From Tubiluchus corallicola (taxonomy: Eukaryota; Animalia; Priapulida): a stretch of DNA of 64,000 nucleotides. The position numbers and the translations under genes were made by a program. The notes beneath the pieces are model-generated. The model searched no databases. It saw only the letters and a list, made by a program, of their open reading frames with translations, and was not told where the DNA came from. Numbering within the stretch: the stretch's first letter is position 1; each line of letters starts with the position of its first letter. The stretch is taken from NCBI GenBank assembly GCA_030141605.1, contig JAQGDQ010000881.1:1-64000 (forward strand), given 5' to 3'. Below, in pieces: positions 1-12,432 of this stretch.

Positions 1-3000
1 GGAGGGTAGGTCATGAAGAAGAGTAGGTGATGAAGGAGGGTAGGTGATGAAATACTTCATGAAGGAGGGTAGTTCACGAAGAAGAGTAGGTGATGAAGGA
101 GGGTAGTTCATGAAGAAGAGTAGGTCATGAAGAAGAGTAGGTGATGAAATACTTCATGAAGGAGGGTAGTTCATGAAGAAGAGTAGGTGATGAAGGAGGG
201 TAGTTCATGAAGAAGAGTAGGTCATGAAGGAGGGTAGGTGATGAAATACTTCATGAAGGAGGGTAGTTCACGAAGAAGAGTAGGTGATGAAGGAGGGTAG
301 GTCATGAAGAAGAGTAGGTCATGAAGGAGGGTAGTTCATGAAGAAGAGTAGGTCATGAAGAAGAGTAGGTGATGAAATACTTCATGAAGGAGGGTAGGTC
401 ATGAAGAAGAGTAGGTCATGAAGGAGGGTAGTTCATGAAGAAGAGTAGGTCATGAAAAAGAGTAGGTCATGAAGAAGAGTAGGTGATGAAGGAGGGTAGT
501 TCATGAAGAAGAGTAGGTGATGAAGGAGGGTAGTTCATGAAGAAGAGTAGGTCATGAAGGAGGGTAGTTCATGAAGAAGAGTAGGTGATGAAGAAGAGTA
601 GGTGATGAAATACTTCATGAAGGAGAGTAGTTCATGAAGAAGAGTAGGTCATGAAGGAGGGTAGGTCATGAAGAAGAGTAGGTCATGAAGGAGGGTAGTT
701 CATGAAGAAGAGTAGGTCATGAAGAAGAGTAGGTGATGAAGAAGAGTAGGTGATGAAATACTTCATGAAGGAGGGTAGTTCATGAAGAAGGGTAGGTGAT
801 GAAATACTTCATGAAGGAGGGTAGTTCATGAAGAAGGGTAGGTGATGAAATACTTCATGAAGGAGGGTAGTTCATGAAGAAGGGTAGTTCATGAAGAAGA
901 GTAGGTCATGAAGGAGGGTAGTTCATGAAGAAGAGTTGGTGATGAAATACTTCATGAAGGAGGGTAGTTCATGAAGAAGAGTAGGTCATGAAGGAGGGTA
1001 GTTCATGAAGAAGAGTAGGTGATGAAGGAGGGTAGTTCATGAAGAAGGGTAGTTCATGAAGAAGAGTAGGTCATGAAGGAGGGTAGTTCATGAAGAAGAG
1101 TTGGTGATGAAATACTTCATGAAGGAGGGTAGTTCATGAAGAAGAGTAGGTCATGAAGGAGGGTAGTTCATGAAGAAGAGTAGGTGATGAAGGAGGGTAG
1201 TTCATGAAGAAGGGTAGTTCATGAAGGAAGAGTAGGTCATGAAGGAGGGTAGTTCATGAAGAAGAGTTGGTGATGAAATACTTCATGAAGGAGGGTAGTT
1301 CATGAAGAAGAGAATGCTGAAGGAGGGTAGTTCATGAAGAAGAGTAGGTCATGAAGGAGGGTAGTTCATGAAGGAGGGTAGTTCATGAAGAAGAGTAGGT
1401 CATGAAGGAGGGTAGTTCATGAAGAAGAGTTGGTGATGAAATACTTCATGAAGGAGGGTAGTTCATGAAGAAGAGTAGGTCATGAAGGAGGGTAGTTCAT
1501 GAAGAAGAGTAGGTCATGAAGGAGGGTAGTTCATGAAGGAGGGTAGTTCATGAAGAAGAGTAGGTGATGAAGGAGGGTAGTTCATGAAGAAGAGTAGGTC
1601 ATGAAGAAGAGTAGGTGATGAAGGAGGGTAGTTCATGAAGAAGAGTAGGTCATGAAGGAGGGTAGGTCATGAAGAAGAGTAGGTCATGAAGGAGGGTAGT
1701 TCATGAAGAAGAGTAGGTCATGAAGAAGAGTAGGTCATGAAGGAGGGTAGTTCATGTAGGAGGGAAGTTCATGAAGAAGAGTAGGTCATGAAGGAGGGAA
1801 GTTCATGAAGAAGAGTAGGTCATGAAGGAGGGTAGTTCATGAAGAAGAGTAGGTGATGAAGGAGGGTAGTTCATGAAGAAGAGTAGGTGATGAAGGAGGG
1901 TAGTTCATGAAGAAGAGTAGGTCATGAAGGAGGGTAGTTCATGAAGAAGAGTAGGTCATGAAGGAGGGTAGTTCATGAAGAAGAGTAGGTCATGAAGGAG
2001 GGTAGTTCATGAAGAAGAGTAGGTCATGAAGAAGAGTAGGTCATGAAGGAAGGTAGTTCATGAAGAAGAGTAGGTCATGAAGAAGAGTAGGTCATGAAGA
2101 AGAGTAGGTCATGAAGAAGAGTAGTTCATGAAGAAGAGTAGGTCATGAAGAAGAGTAGGTCATGAAATACTTCATGAAGGAGGGTAGTTCATGAAGAAGA
2201 GTAGGTCATGAAGAAGAGTAGGTCATGAAGAAGAGTAGGTCATGAAGGAGGGTAGTTCATGAAGAAGAGTAGGTCATGAAGGAGGGTAGTTCATGAAGAA
2301 GAGTAGGTCATGAAATACTTCATGAAGGAGGGTAGTTCATGAAGAAGAGTAGTTCATGAAGAAGAGTAGGTCATGAAGGAGAGTAGGTGATGAAATACTT
2401 CATGAAGGAGGGTAGTTCACGAAGAAGAGTAGGTCATGAAGGAGGGTAGTTCATGAAGAAGAGTAGGTGATGAAGGAGGGTACTTCATGAAGGAGGGTAG
2501 TTCATGAAGAAGAGTAGGTCATGAAGAAGAGTAGGTCATGAAGGAGGGTAGTTCATGAAGAAGAGTAGGTCATGAAGAAGAGTAGGTCATGAAGAAGAGT
2601 AGGTCATGAAGAAGAGTAGGTCATGAAGGAGGGTAGTTCATGAAGAAGAGTAGTTCATGAAGAAGAGTAGGTCATGAAGAAGAGTAGGTCATGAAGAAGA
2701 GTAGTTCATGAAGAAGAGTAGTTCATGAAGAAGAGTAGGTGATGAAATACTTCATGAAGGAGGGTAGTTCACAAAGAAGAGTAGGTCATGAAGGAGGGTA
2801 GTTCATGAAGAAGAGTAGGTACTTCATGAAGGAGGGTAGTTCATGAAGAAGAGTAGGTCATGAAGAAGAGTAGGTCATGAAGGAGGGTAGTTCATGAAGA
2901 AGAGTAGGTGATGAAGGAGGGTAGTTCATGAAGAAGAGTAGGTCATGAAGAAGAGTAGGTCATGAAGAAGAGTAGGTCATGAAGGGAGGGTAGTTCATGA

Positions 3001-6000
3001 AGAAGAGTAGTTCATGGCTGAAGAGTAGGTCATGAAGAAGGGTAGTGATGAAATACTTCATGAAGAAGAGTAGGTCATGAAGGAGGGTAGTTCATGAAGA
3101 AGAGTAGGTGATGAAGGAGGGTAGTTCATGAAGAAGAGTAGGTCATGAAGAAGAGTAGGTCATGAAGAAGAGTAGGTCATGAAGGAGGGTAGTTCATGAA
3201 GAAGAGTAGTTCATGAAGAAGAGTAGGTCATGAAGAAGGGTAGGTGATGAAATACTTCATGAAGGAGGGTAGTTCATGAAGGAGGGTAGGTGATGAAATA
3301 CTTCATGAAGGAGGGTAGTTCATGAAGGAGGGTAGGTGATGAAATACTTCATGAAGGAGGGTAGTTCATGAAGAAGAGTAGGTCATGAAGGAGGGTAGTT
3401 CATGAAGAAGAGTAGGTCATGAAGGAGAGTAGGTCATGAAGAAGAGTAGGTCATGAAGGAGGGTAGTTCATGAAGAAGAGTAGGTCATGAAGGAGGGTAG
3501 TTCATGAAGGAGGGTAGGTGATGAAATACTTCATGAAGGAGGGTAGTTCATGAAGAAGAGTAGGTCATGAAGGAGGGTACTTCATGAAGGAGGGTAGTTC
3601 ATGAAGAAGAGTAGGTCATGAAGGAGGGTAGTTCACGAAGAAGAGTAGGTCATGAAATACTTCATGAAGGAGGGTAGTTCATGAAGGAGGGTAGTTCATG
3701 AAGAAGAGTAGGTCATGAAGGAGGGTAGTTCATGAAGGAGGGTAGTTCATGAAGAAGAGTAGGTGATGAAATACTTCATGAAGGAGGGTAGTTCATGAAG
3801 AAGAGTAGGTAGTAGGTCATGAAGGAGGGTAGGTGATGAAATACTTCATGAAGGAGGGTAGTTCATGAAGAAGAGTAGGTCATGAAGGAGGGTAGTTCAT
3901 GAAGGAGGGTAGGTGATGAAATACTTCATGAAGGAGGGTAGTTCATGAAGAAGAGTAGGTGATGAAGGAGGGTAGTTGATGAAGGAGGGTAGTTCATGAA
4001 GGAGGGTAGTTCATGAAGAAGAGTAGGTCATGAAGGAGGGTAGTTCATGAAGGAGGGTAGGTGATGAAATACTTCATGAAGGAGGGTAGTTCATGAAGAA
4101 GAGTAGGTGATGAAATACTTCATGAAGAAGAGTAGGTCATGAAGGAGGGTACTTCATGAAGGAGGGTAGGTCATGAAGGAGGGTAGTTCATGAAGAAGAG
4201 TAGTTCATGAAGAAGAGTAGGTCATGAAGGAGGGTAGTTCATGAAGGAGGGTAGGTGATGAAATACTTCATGAAGGAGGGTAGTTCATGAAGAAGAGTAG
4301 GTCATGAAGGAGGGTACTTCATGAAGGAGGGTAGTTCATGAAGAAGAGTAGGTGATGAAATACTTCATGAAGGAGGGTAGTTCATGAAGGAGGGTAGTTC
4401 ATGAAGAAGAGTAGGTCATGAAGAAGAGTAGGTCATGAAGAAGAGTAGGTCATGAAGAAGAGTAGGTCATGAAGGAGGGTAGTTCATGAAGAAGAGTGGG
4501 TCATGAAGGAGGGTAGTTCACGAAGAAGAGTAGGTGATGAAATACTTCATGAAGGAGGGTAGTTCATGAAGAAGAGTAGGTCATGAAGGAGAGTAGGTGA
4601 TGAAGGAGGGTAGGTGATGAAATACTTCATGAAGGAGGGTAGTTCATGAAGAAGAGTAGGTCATGAAATACTTCATGAAGGAGGGTACTTCATGAAGGAG
4701 GGTAGTTCATGAAGAAGAGTAGGTCATGAAGGAGGGTACTTCATGAAGGAGGGTAGTTCATGAAGAAGAGTAGGTCATGAAGGAGGGTAGTTCATGAAGA
4801 AGAGTAGGTGATGAAATACTTCATGAAAGAGGGTAGTTCATGAAGAAGAGTAGGTGATGAAGGAGGGTAGTTCATGAAGAAGAGTAGGTGATGAAATACT
4901 TCATGAAGGAGGGTAGTTCATGAAGAAGAGTAGGTCATGAAGGAGGGTAGTTCATGAAGAAGAGTAGTTCATGAAGAAGAGTAGGTCATGAAGGAGGGTA
5001 GTTCATGAAGAAGAGTAGTTCATGAAGAAGAGTAGGTCATGAAGGAGGGTAGTTCACGAAGAAGAGTAGTTCACGAAGAAGAGTAGGTGATGAAGGAGGG
5101 TAGTTCATGAAGAAGAGTAGGTCATGAAGGAGGGTAGTTCATGAAGAAGAGTAGGTCATGAAGGAGGGTAGTTCATGAAGAAGAGTAGGTGATGAAATAC
5201 TTCATGAAGGAGGGTAGTTCATGAAGAAGAGTAGGTGATGAAATACTTCATGAAGGAGGGTAGTTCATGAAGAAGAGTAGGTCATGAAGGAGGGTAGTTC
5301 ACGAAGAAGAGTAGGTCATGAAGAAGAGTAGGTCATGAAGGAGGGTAGTTCATGAAGGAGGGTAGGTGATGAAATACTTCATGAAGGAGGGTAGTTCATG
5401 AAGAAGAGTAGGTCATGAAGGAGGGTAGTTCATGAAGAAGAGTAGTTCATGAAGAAGAGTAGGTCATGAAGGAGGGTAGTTCATGAAGGAGGGTAGGTGA
5501 TGAAATACTTCATGAAGGAGGGTAGTTCATGAAGGAGGGTAGGTGATGAAATACTTCATGAAGGAGGGTAGTTCATGAAGAAGAGTAGGTCATGAAGGAG
5601 GTAGTTCACGAAGAAAAGTAGTTCATGAAGAAAGAGTAGGTCATGAAGGAGGGTAGTTCATGAAGGAGGGTAGGTGATGAAATACTTCATGAAGGAGGGT
5701 AGTTCATGAAGAAGAGTAGGTCATGAAGGAGGGTAGTTCATGAAGAAGAGTAGGTCATGAAGAAGAGTAGGTGATGAAGGAGGGTAGTTCATGAAGAAGA
5801 GTAGGTCATGAAGAAGAGTAGGTCATGAAGGAGGGTAGTTCACGAAGAAGAGTAGGTGATGAAATACTTCATGAAGGAGGGTAGTTCATGAAGAAGAGTA
5901 GGTGATGAAGGAGGGTAGTTCATGAAGGAGGGTAGTTCATGAAGAAGAGTAGTTCATGAAGAAGAGTAGGTCATGAAGGAGGGTAGTTCATGAAGAAGAG

Positions 6001-6297
6001 TAGGTCATGAAGAAGAGTAGGTGATGAAGGAGGGTAGTTCATGAAGGAGGGTAGGTGATGAAGGAGGGTAGTTCATGAAGAAGAGTAGGTCATGAAATAC
6101 TTCATGAAGGAGGGTAGTTCATGAAGAAGAGTAGGTCATGAAGAAGAGTAGGTGATGAAGGAGGGTAGTTCATGAAGAAGAGTAGGTCATGAAGGAGAGT
6201 AGTTCATGAAGGAGGGTAGTTCATGAAGAAGAGTAGGTCATGAAGAAGAGTAGGTCATGAAGAAGAGTAGGTCATGAAGGAGGGTAGTTCATGAAAT
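1..6297. repeat. Purine-rich satellite built from 17-bp monomers (GAAGAAGAGTAGKTCAT, GAAGGAGGGTAGKTCAT) and a 12-bp monomer (GAAATACTTCAT); continues beyond the window start
   Basis: Directly visible tandem array of about 6.3 kb; no ORF >=60 aa in the track. Confidence 0.97.
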
Positions 6298-8314
6298 AAT
6301 CCAAATTCTTATAAGTATAAAAACAAAATTTTCAAAACAGTTTTTACACATAGACAGACATGTTGGCCTCATCGATGACAATATTCCTGAAAAAGAAATA
6401 AAGCACGCATATATTTATTTCATGTATGAATATTTTCAGATTTTAAAGTGGTTAGTAGAACTTTAGCAAAAAAACTAACAGGTCTGACGTTACATTGACT
6501 AACATTATTAATTATACTTTGTATATGAGAAATACGGCAAGTATAACTTCATTTAGACATGATTATACAGTATAAAGTCGGACACGGAAAAAATCGCGAG
6601 GTTTCACTCTGCATGCAATGAACTTTCTTGCTGCGTGCGATTTCAAGAAAAAGCGGAAATTTTCAGAAAATTTTCTAACAACAATTGTTTGCGTCATTAT
6701 GCCTTGCATCCTCATTGTTAATTGGGCCTAGGGCATGTGCCAACACTCAACCCCATTACCGAATCTTTACCCTAACACAAATTTTACCACTAGTCAGATA
6801 AATGCAGGCATTTGTCGCAAACTCATTTACGAAGTAAGCAAACTACTCTTTGTTCTGTATAAATAATTGTACGAAGTACTTAAAGAAAGAGTACAGAATT
6901 ACTTCTGTAGTTTTATTGTGCAAGTATGTGTTATAGGAAACCTGTCTTATCGTATCGTTAACCGTGTAACTGTTTAGTGCTTAATGAATGAGCCTGGTAT
7001 AAAGTCCGAGGCAGAGAAAGACTCGACGGCCATGATAGTTGACGGAGCAGGTCTTTTCCCCACGTTTAGACTCAAAGCTATGTGCGAAGGCACTGTATGT
7101 GTCGGAATAGAAATCCCCGTGATAAAATATTCAATTGTAATATGTTGTCACGTCTACTAACACTTATATATGTTCATTTACAGACTGTAATACTGTATGT
7201 TATATAATGATATTCTTTATTGCAATTAATGTACATAAACTGTACTGTACAAAATACATAAAAATTTTGTGTACAAACAGTCGGAGAACTGATGAAAGCA
7301 ATAGCGTCTATCTTAAACTACAATCAGTAATTATTTTCTACTTAATTTTAACACTTAAAATTGTAACATTGCAACACAAAACAAAAAGCCACATTTATAC
7401 ACACAAACAAAAAATGTAACATAACTAACATTTACAAATTTAAGAACTGCACAACAATTAAAACATTAAAAATTAACACAAAGGAACTTCTTCAATACAA
7501 ATTAATTGCAAATTTATTAAATCCATTACTGCATTAATTTACCAAACACAGTACAAACATAAAAATTACACATCATTACAACTTTGATTAAATTGCTGTT
7601 ATAATAATAAAATGCTACATAATATTATGAAATGATAATGTAAATAAGTACATAATGATGTTTTAACTCACTTGTTTATTACTTTTATTTACAAATATAA
7701 GCAGGTGACACGGCAATGGACATCAAACACTAATAATATTGAGCTGAACAGGTGAAAGTGCATTATACAGTTCTATTCATAGGCACCAGGCCAGCCAGCC
7801 TACAGGTAATGTTATGACCTCCACTTTAAACTAGGAAGCCCATAACATTACCTGCGATTGGTTGAGCAGTGGTTTCCTGTGGAAAGAACGAACACGTGAC
7901 ATCGTCAGTTGTCTTCTGTTTGTCGTGGAATGCACTTCTCCTGTCTGCCTGCCGAGTGTCGTGGATTCCGTAAGGTTTGAAGCATTGTCATCAGGTTTTG
8001 TTTTTTTTTCTATTGTGTTGTTCTTCTCAGCCGTCCCTTTTGAATTCTAAGTTTTGTTTTTTTTTTTTTCTGGAGCGTCCGTTATGCAGCGCTTACCCGC
8101 ATCACCGATGACGGGCCGTAAGGCTGTCTACCGGGCCGAACCCCAGAACAATACTTTTCGAGAACAAATTTTAGATAAAAACATTCAGTCTGATGCATTA
8201 AACGAAAAATAAAAACAAATTCATTCTTGCTCTAGACAGCATTTATATCCTGACTAGTATAGCATGTGATGTACAGTCTAGTTGTGGTTGGGTAGCAACT
8301 ACATCATGATTTTA

Positions 8315-8429
8315 TGACGTCACGTGATTTTCTCACCCAATAATAATAATCTAGGAAGTCGTAAGGCCTTCCACGTCACAGCTTGCTAATGTTGGGCGTG
8401 GTTTTTTGCAACAACAATGATATGATTGG
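8315..8429 (+). promoter_or_regulatory. Putative proximal promoter of the ASB-like gene
   Basis: TGACGTCACGTGA (CRE overlapping an E-box) 8315-8327, CCAAT 8337-8341, CCACGTCA 8371-8378, GGGCGTGG 8394-8401 and ATTGG 8425-8429, all within 135 bp of ATG 8448. Confidence 0.5.
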
Positions 8430-8447
8430 TAAAGTCATTCGGTAAAA

Positions 8448-9551
8448 ATGGCTTCACCAGAGAAGAGGTTGGTCAATTTTGAGACGCTTCGAATGGAACT
8501 GGGAGACGATTTTTTACTGGACACCAACAAAAGGGGTCTCGTGTTTGTCTCACTAGAGCAAACCGTCAGCTCCTTCCCGCCATCTGAAGTTTCTCGTTGC
8601 CTCTCTAAAATCGCCGATGAAGCCATAGCATTCCATTCTAAAAGGAGGCGCATGGACAGATTTTGTCAGCGGGGCGTTCACGCTTCTTTGTACTTGACAT
8701 GCCACCTGTGCGAGGAATATCAAACTAATGATACCAAGATACTCTTGAAATTGATGGATGCCATTCACCAGTGTGAAAAATCTTTCTGCTCCATTTTCTT
8801 CCTGCCCATATTTGGAAGAAAGCTATCATACATGCTGCTAGGTGATTCAGGAATTTTTTCAAAGAGCAGACCGCCTTTAGAGACGTTAGAATATTACCTG
8901 TGTAATTTGGCAAATACCAGATGGAGTTTTCCGTGTGGTGCAGGTACGGACATGTACCGGTTCATAGATGCGCCTATAAAAGAATCATTTGGATGGAGTA
9001 GCGGAAATCCACCTCTGTTTGCTGCTTGTTACATGGACGTGCCGGAAGTTGTCCACATGTTGTTGCGGTACGGAGCAAAGGTTACTCTGCCAAATTTCCC
9101 ATCACCAATCCAGATGATCACTCAGCGTCTCTCGTATCACGCAGCATCTGCCGAACAATGTCTGATGAACTGTAAAGTCTGCAGAATTGATGATCGGGTT
9201 AAATATGAGCTGGCAAAACTGGTGGACTGCCTTCAACACTTGGCCAACGCGTGTTGGCGACTTCCCATCAAAATTCTAACTGATTCCAGTTGTGAGCAAT
9301 TTCAACACGTCTCCAGTGAAGTACTTGTTACTAATCAAGAGAAAGCTGAGCCTGATCAAGTTTATTGTCTGCATCCATCAGTGATTAAACTTGATATTTT
9401 ACCCGAGTCGCTGTGTAATATTTATCCACCGAAATTACAACACTTCTGTCGTGTTACGATCAGAAATTGTTTGTCTGGCAGGATTCCTGTTGCAATTTAC
9501 AAACTTCCGCTGCCTTGTATGCTTCAGAAATACATCGATTTGTTTCCCTGA
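8448..9551 (+). CDS. Ankyrin repeat and SOCS box-containing protein (ASB-like, most like ASB17-type), intronless, 367 aa
   Basis: Single ORF. Ankyrin-like GNPPLFAACYMDVPEVVHMLLRYGAKV; C-terminal SOCS box PPKLQHFCRVTIRNCL...IYKLPLPCMLQKYIDL. AATAAA at 9819-9824. Confidence 0.88.
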   Translation: MASPEKRLVNFETLRMELGDDFLLDTNKRGLVFVSLEQTVSSFPPSEVSRCLSKIADEAIAFHSKRRRMDRFCQRGVHASLYLTCHLCEEYQTNDTKILLKLMDAIHQCEKSFCSIFFLPIFGRKLSYMLLGDSGIFSKSRPPLETLEYYLCNLANTRWSFPCGAGTDMYRFIDAPIKESFGWSSGNPPLFAACYMDVPEVVHMLLRYGAKVTLPNFPSPIQMITQRLSYHAASAEQCLMNCKVCRIDDRVKYELAKLVDCLQHLANACWRLPIKILTDSSCEQFQHVSSEVLVTNQEKAEPDQVYCLHPSVIKLDILPESLCNIYPPKLQHFCRVTIRNCLSGRIPVAIYKLPLPCMLQKYIDLFP

Positions 9552-9847
9552 ATGACCTCGAGAAAAAGTAGAAAATCTGACAATGTTATCATAGCTAGTT
9601 TCATCATTTATCATGTTGTTAGGAGAAACCATCGCAACCATATTTCGTTAATATAATTTGTGGCGTCTTGCGATCTTTATAGTATTTTAGTATTTGGTAT
9701 TTAGTATAGCATTATAGTATTTAGAACAGTTACAACTCGAAAGTAGTAAAAGTTGTGAAATTTTGATACAAATTGTAAAACAAAGAGAGTATAAAAAGTT
9801 TTTTGTTTCCATGGTTTCAATAAATAGTGCAAATTAAGCTGGTTTCC

Positions 9848-10075
9848 TTAAATGACAAGAAAATGGGTACCTGAAGTAGGTTTCAGAAAAATAGCCTTAA
9901 AAATTATATTACTTTATAGCAATTTTATGCGTATATCGTACTCGCGCTGAAAAGAATTTTCGTTTGTTTTTATTTTAAATCTCCCGCAATATTGTTCCGA
10001 AGTCGCCATTACATGACGTCATGTGCCAAACGTAAATCAAGGGTAGAAAAGGCGATGTTAAATCAAGCGTTAATT
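9848..10075 (+). mobile_element. Partial copy of dispersed TTAA-associated DNA-transposon-like repeat (family D)
   Basis: Aligns by eye with 38583-39130 and 40298-40830 (caagaaaa..gg..taggtttcag..aaatctcccgcaata..gccattacatg.cgtca). Confidence 0.6.
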
Positions 10076-10759
10076 TAATGACTGTAAGGTCAGTAGCAAG
10101 ATTACTTCGCTCTCTTTATTCCCTCGATGCTCCAAATTCACTTGCTATTAGGCTGCAGCCTAGCTGATGCTTACACGTGACCATATTGCTGCTGAAAACC
10201 ATTTATTAGAACAACATGAGAATGTTTTTAGTTTACAACTTATCAGTGTATCGTTTCCATGCACGTAGGGTCCGAAATCTGGAATCAAGAATCAGCTAGG
10301 GGTCTGGGGTAGCGTTACAGCGGGTCCGTGGCAGAGCCCGTAAACCGATGCATTCCTGTGTTTAAAACACTTTATGAGCCCTTTTTCAGAAACCAAAATC
10401 AAGAAATTTCAACCAAGAAATAGTGCAAAATTTTGATTTTAGACACTAAAAGAGCCCTAAAAGTCTAAAATTTACAAAAATGAAGTAGTACATCAATTTT
10501 TGGAGTTCCTTCAAAGACCCAATACATTTCTCACATTTTTGTAGTTTTCCAGGTATTTTTAACGATCAAATTATTTAAGAACTTTTTATCTTATGTAAAT
10601 TCTCTACCACGCCGTTTTCGTTGTTAAAGTCTGTCACGCGCTCTCAAATTGGCTCAAGAAAAATCAACAAATGGTCAGAGATTATGCATTGCATTTGCTG
10701 CTGCATTAAAGATTGGCGAAAAATGTAGACAGAATGAAAACATAACGCCTTACAAACAT

Positions 10760-11085
10760 CATCTTCTTCTTCTTCTTCTTCCCAGCTTTTCCCTATTCGG
10801 GGTCGCCGTTGTGAATGAGTCTTCTCCACGCATTCCTGTTGTTGACCATCTCTTCATTTATGTCTTCCCTTCCCACATGATCTTCACCGACTCTTCTTTT
10901 CAGGTGTCCATACCATCGCAATCTTGCGAGGCTTCCGCTACTTTTACTGTTCCTCTGATATTATTATTTCTAATTTTATCTCTTCTTGTTATTCCCACCA
11001 TTCATCTCCACCACACCCATTTTCTTCTCTTCGGTCTTCTTTAGAGAAGCTGCTTCCAGTCCATAGATTAGAGCGGGTCTGACCA
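10760..11085 (-). mobile_element. 5'-truncated RTE-clade non-LTR retroelement, non-autonomous
   Basis: Minus strand encodes RTE RT C-terminal remnants (VRPALIYGLEAASL, LRWYGHLKRR) and ends in a (GAA)n tail. Perfect 16-bp TSD AACGCCTTACAAACAT at 10744-10759 and 11086-11101. Confidence 0.88.
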
Positions 11086-12227
11086 AACGCCTTACAAACA
11101 TATTAAACTTTATTTACTAATCCTGTTGCTACCTCAACAGAGATTCCGCTGTTTTTAGCTTAATCTTATGCAAAATATTGTATTTCAATATTTTTTACTT
11201 AAATTTCAGTGTTTTCAATTTCAGTTTTTTAAAAACTCTGACAAAACTACGAGTCTGTGACTGAATTTCAGGAGACTCCAGGTTAAATCCGAGGTGGTGG
11301 CAACCTTACCTGCCTGCACATGTAATAATGATTAGTAACCAAAGTGCAAACTTTAGGCCTACAACTATTTATAACGGCATATATATATATACAATGTGAA
11401 GCAAACTGCATGACAGCTATGGATGCATGTAAATGATCAAACATCATTATGAAGTCAGTTTGTGAGGACAAATCATTGACAATTTTATTTCTGACTTAAG
11501 AACACAACAATAACAATAAAAATGAGAATTCTAACATTTACAAAATTTACCAAAAAAAAGTTTTTGCATACAGTGTGGCAAATTACAAAATAGCCTACGC
11601 TTCTAAATTATTTCGTTCTAATTATTTTTTTCTAATCAAGAATAGTAGGAACATGTAGGAGTTTACGGTAATAAAGTAGAAATATTCAAATGCGTACATA
11701 AAAAACAGAGAGTTGAACACAAAGCAAAGCTTATACCAAGAGTTCACAAAGACGGCAAACATTCAATAAATCGACTAACTTCCTTAATTTAAAAGCAATC
11801 CTGTGTTAAATTGTAACAACAAACAACGATATCCAGGATGCTTCAGTGTATTTTCAAGTAATATTTTTCACTTTTTGATGAAATCAGGCGTCATATCCTC
11901 CTTATTTTTCAAATACCATAATCGAAACATAACAACATTAACTTTCACAAGGCTAAGTAATTCAATATTTTATATCTAGGTATTTCAGTCCTTAGTTAAT
12001 TTAAATCCGACTGCAAGCACATTTGCTTTTCGAGACACACGTGCTTAAAATGTAGGTTCAGCTAACTAATAAATGATTGTGATAAAACTCGCCAACAGGT
12101 GGCAGCACCAAGCAGTTAAATATGAGATAACAAAATTAGCGTAACGCTATTAAAAAGCTCTCAAAAGACGTGCAGTCAGACGCATCACGCGACATCACTA
12201 TGTACAAAAAGTCTCTGTGCTATGGAC

Positions 12228-12243
12228 TGAGGGAGGAAGGGAG

Positions 12244-12291
<48 letters not shown>

Positions 12292-12432
12292 TAGAGAAAA
12301 AGAGAAACAAAAGAGGTGAAAGCACAAGTGAAGAGAAACGGACTGGAGAAAGAGAGAGAGAGAGAGAGAGAGTGGTGGAGAGTAGAAAGGCGAGAAGGAG
12401 GGAGGTATAGCAAGAAGAGAGAATGGGGGAGA
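12228..12432. repeat. (GA)n / polypurine microsatellite region
   Basis: Direct inspection. Confidence 0.9.

Noticed and set aside
8108-8141. SECIS element (ATGA...AA...GA)
   Set aside because: Stem II does not pair and the site is not in a selenoprotein 3' UTR.
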